From positions 22,010,001-22,074,000 of the forward strand of contig OZ281495.1 in assembly GCA_965637545.1 (NCBI GenBank): a stretch of 64,000 nucleotides of DNA, given 5' to 3'. How positions within the stretch are numbered: position 1 is the first letter of the stretch; every line of letters begins with the position of its first letter. Shown here piece by piece: positions 39,001 to 51,067 of this stretch. Source of the stretch: Phallusia mammillata (lineage: Eukaryota). The notes beneath the pieces were generated by a model. It had not been told where the DNA came from and ran no database searches. It saw nothing but the letters and a program-made list of their open reading frames with translations. A program made the translations under genes and the position numbers.

Positions 39001-42000
39001 GCGTTGTTGTCATCCAGCACAAATTTACTGACTTCTTCAATTTCGGCTTTTTCCTGTAAAAAGAAACGCATTTAGCGGTGGCAAAATTCCAGAGGAAGAA
39101 ATCAGTCTATTATTAGAGCGATTATTGAGCCACCATACGGCAAGAAGCATTATACGTAAGGACTAAAATGTATTTAAATTTGGTAGGTTGGTCAGAAGCA
39201 TTTTGCAATACGCTATATGTCGCAATCGAAAGAGGTTTTATGTCAAATTGTGGTATCAGCTGAAATGGTGCGGAAATGCCATTGAGTCGCGAAAAGCTAT
39301 TTCTGGGGTCCGTTCTGGGAAAAGATATCATACCAATCGATTAACGGATTTAAATTTTCTGTATTGTACGCACCTCTTCATCGCTGCTTTCAATGGGAAC
39401 CATATTGAATGGCATTGCTCCAACGCATTGGTGTTGTTCGGTCGAAAATACCACATTCTCGTTCACTGGGCCACTGCAAGAAAACATATTTATGACTTGC
39501 AGAGGACGGTCGCACTAATTAAGTTTTTTAACTACATGACGAAAAGTACCTTAACACGTAGTGGACGCAAACGACGCATTGAGGTTTCTGATTTTTGGAG
39601 CAGGGAATAACAGTGGCCTGCGTCACGATCCAGTGGTAACCACCAGTCTTAGAGAGGAAACGGTAATGAGTGGTTTCAATCTGGTTGAGTCGGTACACTG
39701 TCATAGAAATACAAGAAACATATTGATAAAGTTTAAAGTTGGTATTGGAGACTGCTAGTAGCAATCATAAGACTCACATTTATGGAAGAAGTCTTCAAGT
39801 GGTTTTATATCAAGAACGTGACAGTAGTTGAAGAATGATTTTCCCAGCATGTCACTTTCGTCGTAACCGAGCAATTCCGTCACCCTGAAGCGAAATGCAA
39901 CCATTCACAACATTAGGTCAAATGAAATTGGGCCAAGGGTTAAATTCACAACACTGTGATTCATCGAATAAAGATGAAAATTTAATGTTTACTTTTTTAC
40001 GCGACTATGTATGTAAATCCAGTAGATGCCTTTCCAAACCGCCAAAGGTTATTGACCTGGCATGTATGACGTTTATGTATAAACTGTGCCCCACCTATCA
40101 TCGCAGTAGGAGAACTTCATGTCAGGCGTATGTTGTGTTAGGAAGGTTTGGCTGTCCAGAAAATGCTCGATGTTTGACGGATGGGGAATCGGCTCGGCTT
40201 GTACAACAAGCAAATTCGAGTTGTTGTCATCTGTAAAAAATCCTTTAGGTCATGGTGTGTTCGAAATGGTGGCTTATTGATGGTGTTAATCCGAAAACAT
40301 ACCTTTGACAACCTTGCGGAACCCACTGCACTGAAGTACCTAAAACATAAATGTTAACTGTTGAACAATGGAAACCAAAGATCTTAATGGGTAATTATCC
40401 TAAAAATATTACATGTTGGTTAATGGACTGTGCATAATACACGAATATCCGGAAATTCCAGAAATAGCAGGTAAGTGACAAAGGCAAAAAATACCGGCAA
40501 ACATGTTTTGACGGGACGGTCGGCCACAGACAAAAGAGCCGCTGTCCGTCGCCACTGAAGGGGTGAAAGCAAAGCTGCAAAAGCGCGGCCCAGATCGTGG
40601 TAAACAAGTCTAGCTGCTCATTTGAGCTAAGCGCAGGATAACGAAAGAGAAAGCAACAACTGACGCATATTCGGGGGCTCAATACGTGTTTCGCGCAATC
40701 GGAAGCAGCGAGGCGTGTTACAAAAACAAGTAGGACTCGCTTGAACCTTGGTCACATGACCCGGGCTCTTTATCTGCTGCAGACGCACAAGGTTAAACAC
40801 TTTACCGGCAACGACGAGAATTTTCCATTGTTTTTTATGCCAAAAATACAGTGCGAAACCGAAAAATTTAACTCGGACGCTTATTCCATAGGACTTCACT
40901 CAACAGAAACTGTATTAAAATGGTCACAAATAAAAATATACTGCCCACTAAAACAACTTTTAACTAACACAAAACATATTAACAATAGTTTGTCATTTAT
41001 GTTGCTACCACGATTTAACTTTGACACTTGCGCTTATCCAATGGAACTTAACTTAACATAAACTGTTTCAAAATAGGCACAAATAAAAAATATACTGCCC
41101 ACTAAAACAACCTTTAAACTAACAGAAAACATATTTACAACAGTTTATCGATTGTGTTGCACCACGGTCTGTAGGAATATTAATCAATTACGATCTGAAT
41201 AAAAAACAAACATTTTTGCAGTTGTCGCAAAATTGACACGAAAGTAGTTTAGCGGCATCGCAGAATGTGCAATAAGCCGGGGGCGCCCCGATCGTGATTG
41301 GGCTATTCTCGAAACGACCAGAATGTAAGAAGAGACAAGAACTGATTGACCAAAACAAGAGCACACAAGAAATAGACTAGCCCGCCGAGCGATGTGCGTA
41401 CGTGAGCGCTCAAAACCAGCAATGGCGGCAGAAAATTTGTCAGCGCTGGTCGGGCTTATGCCATCGACTGGTTCTACTTACAGCACACAGTGGACAGTAT
41501 AGTTTCGTTTGTAACACTACTTTCATTCTTGTTGGAACGCGAGTTTTAGAGACAACAGTTAACACTTTGTGCTAGTTAGGAATACATTTATCGACAAAAC
41601 CACGACCACAACGGTAAGTAAACGCACAGAACAAACAAGTGACTAATGATCTACCAACCAACCTTGTAGGACGCTGATTTCAAGTTGATGCTTTTGCCGT
41701 TGACAGTTAATGTGCTCTTCATTCGCAAAAAGAAGGCTTTGTGAGTTGAACGTTCAGTGACTAAAATAAACAAATACACACAGTTGGTTTAACATTGTGG
41801 TTGGTATAACACTGTACGAATTTGATTATGGTACATGTTTGGATTACACTTACCATCAGATTCATTTAGGCACCCTCTTATTTCCTCATGATCACCTTCA
41901 TGGACAAAGCTGAGTATGCTTTGACCAATAAGATCCAACTGCAAAAGATTAAACACCACAAACTTAACCCTTTACCAAACTACACAATCACACTGTCAGT

Positions 42001-42905
42001 GGTTGCAAGCTTTTTACCTTGGATAAACCCAGGTAGTCCTTAACATTTTCAGAACAGTACAGAATATCAGAATCAGGGGAAAGAATAAATAAAAATCCAT
42101 TTAGGGCATTCACAAAGTCTTCACTTGCCAGAAGATGTTCATCCTCCAAAATTTCTTGTTTTACACTGAGATCTGGTAATAATGTTTAGTTACATAACAT
42201 GCTGACTACTTTTATCAAATTGTTGGTTGCCAATCGTACCTTTAATTGGAAGTGTATTTGGGTCCACATATGCCTCACATTTGCCAGTCAAACTCTGTCG
42301 CAGTCTTATGTAGCTGTTTACAAGTCGCATGATGGATGATCTAAAATTTTAAAGAATATTTTATATTTTTTTGTAAAATGTTATGATACATTTATGCCAT
42401 AGCAAAAAAACTAAATTCCAAACAATATACCTTCCATTTGAAATTGTTTTTAGTGAAAACTGTTACATCTACTGTTGGTTACATAACAAACCACATTTAG
42501 GGTAAAAAGCGCCCATGGAGTCAATCATTACACAATGAGAAAAGGTGCCCACATTACACACAAAGGACTTGGGCTCCTACTACCTGTCAAGGTTGCTGAC
42601 AAGGTCATGTGAAACAGGGAGGAGGTTGGCAATTTCTTGAAAATATACAGTTTCTTTCGTCCTTCTATGCCTGGCAGCATCCCTGCTCTTTTCTCGCCTC
42701 CTTTGCCTGCAATAGAGTATTATGTTAGTGCAAAGCCAACAATAATACCAGTATTTATGTTGCTATTGGTAAATTAGCTACACTACAACATGGAATATTA
42801 GTATGATCACTCACTTTTTAGCCATTGGTAGTGGAATAACAGTATGATCACTTACTTTTTAGCCATTGATGGTTTGAGTTCTTCTTCTTCGGGAAAGACA
42901 GACAT
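36098..42905 (-). CDS. HIF1A/EPAS1-like: Hypoxia-inducible factor alpha subunit (bHLH-PAS-PAS-PAC, ODD-like region, C-TAD)
   Basis: 18 phase-compatible coding exons: 42905-42856, 42706-42584 ([17 protein letters not shown]), 42340-42240 ([14 protein letters not shown]), 42172-42018, 41938-41854, 41760-41663 ([10 protein letters not shown]...NLKSASYK), 40339-40303, 40230-40095 ([10 protein letters not shown]...DMKFSYCDD), 39884-39778, 39697-39550 ([20 protein letters not shown]...[11 protein letters not shown]), 39473-39374 (VVFSTEQ...PIESSD), 39053-38960, 38742-38665, 38529-38452, 38307-38192, 37501-37018, 36805-36728, 36237-36098 ([19 protein letters not shown]). Confidence 0.95.
40922..41170. 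repeat. Diverged direct duplication (~95-bp unit, ~155-bp spacing) in HIF-alpha intron 6
   Basis: CACAAATAAAAATATACTGCCCACTAAAACAAC...AACATATT...CCACG occurs at ~40922-41015 and ~41076-41170. Confidence 0.75.
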
Positions 42906-43072
42906 GTCTTCTATTCGTTGTAGTACTAAATCAATCGCAAATATCACTGGTCTGTTAATAAGACAACAAAAAAAGTATGGTTCTTAAATCACTTTGAAGT
43001 TTGAACTATACTAATACAAAACAATTTAAACCAAAACAACAGTATGATTTTGTGCACAAAGGGACAGCTCAC

Positions 43073-43630
43073 CAAATAAAGTAATTTAGTGGTCTAATTA
43101 TACAACTACTTGCAAATAGCTACACATTCACTTGCAACAATACGATTGTCTGCAACAATACCTTTGTCTGCACGTAACTAACTCTTTTTGAAACACGTTG
43201 CATATATTATTTCCATAACTGTTTCATTACATATTGGCGCTCTGCCTGTTATTGTTTGATGTATTTTTGTAATTAACTACACAACCACTACCAAACGATT
43301 TTAAGACCAGTTCAGATGTCAGATGCCGATATTATTTTGCTGATAACCATGCCTGCTCTCTTGCATTTAGGGGTGTGTCACTGTCAGAGTGTCTGACTAA
43401 ACTTTATTATCAGCTGGACAACAAACACCCACCTTTCCAGCACTCTCCTCTCTCGCGATGACGTCCTACCGCCTCATATTGCGCAACTGGTTCAGCCTTT
43501 CTTTCAAAGCTCGCAGTTTTTCTGACCTCTCTCTTTCTCTCTCTCGTATCAGCTCCAGGCACCAACCAGCGACAATTCTGCGCCTGTCAGGGCACTCCGA
43601 AATCGATCTTGTGCTGTGACACAAAATGCT
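43073..43630 (-). other. Putative non-coding 5' UTR exon of HIF-alpha containing several upstream ATGs
   Basis: Acceptor TTTTTACAG at 43632/43631 and donor G|GTGAGC at 43073/43072, upstream of the acceptor at 42951 that leads to the HIF ATG. No long ORF in any frame. Splice signals only. Confidence 0.5.
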
Positions 43631-44899
43631 CTGTAAAAATTAAAAGGCCGCTGCTTCCTCTTGTATAAAACTGAATAGTAAGTGAATGCGAATCAAGGTT
43701 TTTTTGAAGGCTATCTGGCAATTAAAGGCTAACAAAAATTTGCCGCAATCCTATATTTTTGCATGCAATACGAAAAATCAGCATTCTGCAACTTTGTGTC
43801 AAAGCTTATTTAATTTTATTTATAAAGGATTGATTAAAAAACAAAAACTAAACATCAAAAATATACTACTTATGAACATTTAAAGCCTGGACGTAATGCA
43901 ACAGAAAACCATTATATCAGATTTAAAACAGTGGTTTCTAACTTTTAGTGTTAATACCCCGTTATGATTCGTTAAGTTGGCGTGCCCCTACAAATTCACA
44001 AGAGGATTTGTGCATTTTGTGGTGTAACAATTTAACTTTTGGAACATGAAAAAGGATGCATCGAACCCCCGGACGCTTTCAAGAAACCCTTTAAAGTTTA
44101 CATAAATCAATAACATGCAATCGGCTCAGTTCCATACAAAACAACAGCCTCGAGCTAGATGTTGAGGGGCAATTCATTAAATCTAAAATCATTCAGACAG
44201 ATCTTTAGCGGCAGTTGGTGGTAGCACATTTTAAAATTCTCATGATAAAATATACTTAAAGATACTATTCTTTCAAAAAATGCAATATTGATAAATGTGC
44301 GATTTAAACTATATTCAGCAAATACTTTTTGCTTTTGGCCAAAACCATGTAGTGTGGGATCACCAAAACAGCAAAAAACAACAATTCCGGTAACTGAAGC
44401 CGTCAAAGTAAACCAACTAATAAACTCAAAAGGTAAGTACATTAAATACAACCAAAGGATTTTTAATACTCTTTAAAACAAACCCTTCTTTTACAAAAAC
44501 TTTTTTAAAACAAGTAATTGAGTACTGGGGACTTTCCCTCATTCTTTTTTTAAGGCAGGGATTTACCAAATACCGTAGCCAATTTATTTAGTATACATCT
44601 TGCATTTTCAAATAATGCATTTACTGAAGTAGTGCACCAAATAAAAACAGAGAATGTTGTCCAAACTAAGAGTTGTAGCGGTTGCGACATAACTTGTTAT
44701 TATTTTTTGACTTTTGAGATAACAAAATCAAGCGAAAACTGCTAAAGTAACCAACTTTTGTTTAACAAACACAAAGTTTTTGACGAGTTTCATCATAGAT
44801 AGCTAGTGGTAATCTATAGTTTATTTAGTTACCGAAGAGACAAAAAGGAGGCAACGATAAGATTCTCAATCACAGCAATATTCTATTAAATTAAAACAA

Positions 44900-45175
44900 C
44901 AGGTGTACGTGACTTTATTGCTTTTTGTGCAACGTAGCGTAAAATAAGTCACGTGACTTTGTTGATGTTCGCAATTATGAAACTTCTTTGCTTTTGTTGT
45001 AGTTTATTTTGTTCGTGGGTAAAACTCAAGTCAAGTATTTAAAAATCGTATATAGGAATTGCCTGAACCTGGGTGGCTGGGGTGTCGGCATATGTAAGTT
45101 GAATAAAGATTAGAACGCATCTGAATACGAAGTCAAACCTTGGACCTGGCTAATGGCCATTGCCTACGTGACTAC
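44900..45175. promoter_or_regulatory. Candidate bidirectional promoter between HIF-alpha and ETHE1 with clustered ACGTG/E-box motifs
   Basis: TACGTGAC at 44906-44913, palindromic GTCACGTGAC at 44948-44957, TACGTGAC at 45165-45172, between the 5' ends of two divergent genes. Confidence 0.5.
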
Positions 45176-45381
45176 TGACTAGTCATGAGGTGCAAGTACG
45201 AACGAAGTACCTGCATTGCAAAACAGTTAACTTTGGCGTTTGACAATTCGTTGCTAAAGTTATTTGAGTTAACGAAATATAAGTTGTTTTAGTGACGTTT
45301 TAGATAAAAAATTGTTTTTGGTAGTTACAGAATTTGTTGTTACCCTGGTTTTTATAATAGTATTTTGTCTGCAAATAAAAT

Positions 45382-47897
45382 ATGAAGTCTTTTCTTTCCT
45401 TGGGTCAAAAAATGTTGATGAAACTTTCTGCCATACGTAATTCTGCTTCAATGTATGTTTCGGATTGTGTAATGCTATAGTTAAGCTGTAGAAACTTTTA
45501 TAATTGCTATTTTAAACTATTTTAGCTTGCAACAAATCAGGTATGCTCATGTGACCAAGTTGGGCAATCAAGCTAAGGGACTGCTGTTTCGACAGGTAAC
45601 TGGGAGCATTGTAATATAGCATATTTAACATTATAAAATCTTGTGTTCAACACTTTTTTCTAGTTGTTCCATGATGCATCTTACACATACACATACTTTC
45701 TTGGCTGTGCAAAAACCCGCAAAGCTGTGGTCATAGATCCTGTCTTAGAAATGGTATGTCAGCATTAAAATTTCTGGTTGATTCCATTCTAAACATATGA
45801 TCATATAGTAAGAAAAACTTTTTTTCAGGTGGACAGGGATATTAAGTTTATAGAAGAAATGAATCTGAAACTAGTTTATGGATGTAAGTTGTGCTTTATT
45901 TATAACATTTTATCAAAATAGAGTTTTGGAAATACTTTGCAGTAAACACCCATGTCCATGCTGATCATGTAACTGGAACAGGAAAATTAAAACAAAGAAT
46001 TCCTGGGTTTCAATCAGTGTTATCGAAAGCATCTGGTGGAAAAGCTGATATGTTAATTGAGGATGGTGAAGTCATTCAGTTTGGTGAACAGGTGCATAAA
46101 AATTATATTTTGATGTGTATAGGTATTTGCAAATAAAAATTAGATACTTTTAACTCCTGAGAAAGATATTATTCAGTGGAAGTTGTCTTGATAACTGAAA
46201 TAAACACAATTAAAAAATGTTCAATTTGGTCTGTTTAAAGTTCTTTCAGGTGATACAAAAGTGCCATGGTATTGCTACTTTATTCACTGTGCAACCTTTT
46301 GGTATTAGTTTGCACAAGTGGCTGATTTACTGAAACCACCATAGCCTTTTTGGATTAAAGGACATAATTTTGACAGTCAGCTAATTTCAGTTTGTTTAAT
46401 TTGGCACCAGCTAGGTTATTGTTTGCATTAGTTCATTCACTTTATGTCTATGACATTTTTTCTCAACCAGCGGTTCATAAAGAAACAAATTAGTCATAAA
46501 TCCTAAAAAGAATATGTTCAGCAAAATGTTCGATTAAAATAAGTCAAAAAATACTGTGTGTTTGTTTCATGACAAGCTTGAATTGCTTTAGTATGTTTAT
46601 TGGTTTTTGTAGTCAATTCACTGTTCTGCAACCCCTGGACACACAAATGGCTGCATGACTTACATTCTACCAGATCATTCAATGGCCTTCACTGGCGATG
46701 CACTTCTTATTCGAGCATGTGGAAGAACTGATTTTCAACAAGGCATGGTTACATTGTTGTAAAATTGTTTCAAACCAATGTAAAAAGTACCATGTACAGA
46801 TGATGTGCAATGTGCTCACGTTGTTAAGACTCTATATTGTGTAAGCTGCATCCCAATATGTTTAGTTAATGTTGTACTTCCTTCCATTTTAGGAAATGCA
46901 GGGCAGCTGTACGATTCAGTGTACAAACGAATTTTTTCTTTGCCTGATCATTACTTCCTCTATCCAGGCCATGACTACATGGGTAAGCATAAAAGCTGAT
47001 GTTTGCTAAGGTCGGAACATTTTCTGGAGTGTACTTTAGTGGTTAACAGAAAACATAAATTTGCACAGTCAGGTATTTGACTGGCTGGCAAAGAAGGTTT
47101 AATAAATTTGAGTTCACAAATGTGTGCTTCCCTACTTGATTTTTCTTACTTTTACACAAATTGCATATTCATGGAAACTTTGTGTAGATTTGTTTGATTA
47201 AATCCCCAAGTTGCTGCTGTGGATTCTATGCACAGAGGACCACCTTTACAAAAGAAGTGTGTTTCTACTTTTTTCTGTTTTACAGGCTTTTCTGTGACGA
47301 CAGTAGCCGAAGAGAAAGTTCTTAATCCTCGTCTCACACTGAGCAGAGATGAATTTATCAACTTCATGAAAGAGCTGAACCTGAAGTATCCAAAACTTAT
47401 TGGTATAATCTAAAATACAAGTGTATTTGGTGTGTGTTTGTATGTTTATGCTTAAAGAAGTTCTTTTACAACGTTTTTTGCAGTATTGAAACCGACCAAA
47501 CATGTCCAGTAAAAAATATGCATATATAAACAATGCATTCTAAAAACAGCAAATCAGCAAAAGTAGTGTTTGCCGGTCTCAAACATGGCCTTTGGCTTAG
47601 TTGCTTTATGTTTGCTCGTTGAGTGTACCTGTGGTCTACCCAGAGCACCTATAACACTAGATTCTTTGTCAAGTGTAGGGTGAATAAACCAATAAACGAA
47701 TGGGTGTGTCATTTGTTGTGCAGCAATTCAGCAACTTGAAAATTAATCTACATTCACTACCTGTTGCTTTATTTATTTATTTTTTGAAAAAAATGTTTTG
47801 TTTCTTATCAGACATCGCTGTACCAACGAATCTCAAATGTGGTGAGATCAGCAAAGAGGCTCTACAAGGATCTGCGGAACTGCTCAGCAAAAAATGA
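45382..47897 (+). CDS. ETHE1: Mitochondrial persulfide dioxygenase (metallo-beta-lactamase fold)
   Basis: 9 exons: 45382-45452 (alternative in-frame ATG 45412), 45526-45595 (GLLFRQ), 45664-45753 (TYTYFLG...AVVIDPVLE), 45829-45883, 45943-46091 ([11 protein letters not shown], HxHxDH), 46613-46742 (TPGHTNGC...[19 protein letters not shown]; GC donor), 46893-46982 (YPGHDY), 47286-47402 ([12 protein letters not shown]), 47812-47897 (AVPTNLKCG). Confidence 0.95.
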
Positions 47898-49107
47898 TCC
47901 AAAACCAAGCAATTTTTTTACTTTCTTTTATTTTTTTTCTCCATGCAACGTTCGTCAATGAGTTCATCATTTTAAGCTTACAAACGTTTTAATGAGTTTG
48001 TCAAATTTTGGAAAAAGTTCATTATTGATGTATTTTTTACGCTATTGTGCTTAAGCTTTCGCCTTAAGGTTAAGAGATTTATATGAGATGAAATGATCGC
48101 ATGGTTTTGCTGAGAAATCTCCGCTTTCGGTTTTATTAATGATATTGTAATTTCAACATATTTCAAATTAACCAAATAGTTGTTTTTACGCCAAATAATA
48201 CTATTCTTTTTGCATCTTTTTAACACCCTAAACAGTCTTAATTCGGTTTTGCTAGTAAAACTAGACGAATATATTTAATGAAGGTTATTTTGTAACGCTC
48301 ATTGTATCATATCCAATACGTACATCATCCGTACGTAATGCGGACGTAAGCGTTTTGTGACGTATTTAGAATGGCATTTTCGCTCGACATTGAAGTTTTG
48401 CGCATGCCAAACGTCACGTACAACACAATGACGTTGCGGAAACAGAAGAGCATACGAAATCAACCGTGACTAAACGCATTTTATGTTCATTCTTCCAAAC
48501 ATGTGTAACACAATTTTCATTGGATCATTTTTATGATTCACCGGATTTCAATCAACAAAAAATATTTCCGCATGTTATTTGTACCGAGGCAAAAAGATTC
48601 TTGCTTAAGGCTATTGTGGCACATGAATAGACAATAGAAACTTGTGCGTGTTGATTAAGTAGTTTTTAAATAATCACATGCTTGCGCTTTTGTTACCTCT
48701 TGTTTGCTTTTGATTGGTGTCGTTCGAATGAGCTTTATGTCATTTGTAGTGCTTTCGCATCGCTTTTCGCATCTTTTCCTGTCTTCACAAGTTGCGTAAT
48801 GACAATGCCTTCACCGTGTGTCGATGGTATGATTTTGCACGGAAAGTTCGCAAATCGAAACTTTTTAGCCATTAAACGTCTCAGTGCTCATATGATGTAT
48901 TTACAACACAAATACTGTAATGTAATGCGCAAAATACGACGACAGTAACAACGTTTGCCATGGAACATATTTGCCAATAGCCATTATGCAGAAAAATTGC
49001 AAATCATTAGGTTTTCGCGTATGCTTTGTTTAGCCTGGATGTACAAATCTCATTGTTTATTTACAATACACTGCAATGATGTTAGCTACAGCAAAACAAC
49101 CCCAAAA

Positions 49108-50317
<1,210 letters not shown>

Positions 50318-51067
50318 TTTAAAGTTGCAAATAATAAAAAAATCTTTGTAGCCTACTCTTCTAATGACAAAAACAGAGAGGAAATCGAGAATATGTTATA
50401 GCCTATCTTTCACAGAAATCCCACTTACTTACATTACCTACAACATTTGCACTGCGCCAAACGAATTGTTTTTTAGCTTTTTCGCAATTTTGCACGAGCC
50501 TCGATCAATTCTCGTTTAATGAGTTTGTTGATTATCCTGTCCAGGTGCAATTTGCAGATGGTGTAAGTGCCGAACTAGATTTAATCGTTATTTGTGCTGC
50601 ATTTATTTGCAGCCTTATGTTCCCTACTTCAATTGCAGTTCGAAATTGTATCATTTTGTAGAATAGGTAATTTTATCCCTTAAAAATCAATTTGATCGTG
50701 GTTTTGCTCACAATTAAAGCTTTGATGCAGTACAAAAACGCACCGTTCTTCACACACACATAAAGCAAACACAAGACGTAATGTACACAACAACAATGTT
50801 AAAATGTATCCGACAGATTTAAAAATACATGTAAAATCGTTGTAAAATTAGTGTAGAAAAACGTAAACGAATATAAATTTCTTCATTGCAATCACAATTT
50901 CAATAACTGCTGTCATCAGTGCAAAAAAGCGTGTCGAGGTGTTCAAAGCATTTTAAACCAAAAAATGGCGCGTCATGTTTCTACGAAAGATAATAATTGA
51001 AAAATGCAAAACCAATTCCCAATGCAAACCATCCGAGCAAATTTAAATCTGCGCAAACGTATTTTAT

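Noticed and set aside
39122-39331. Minus-strand ORF inside the HIF-alpha gene considered as an extra exon
   Set aside because: The best acceptor gives a stop in the required phase 0, and direct splicing 39374 to 39053 already aligns with the recalled HIF1A sequence.
43380-43640. Possible separate coding gene upstream of HIF-alpha
   Set aside because: All frames close quickly and no domain motif is recognisable; better explained as UTR.
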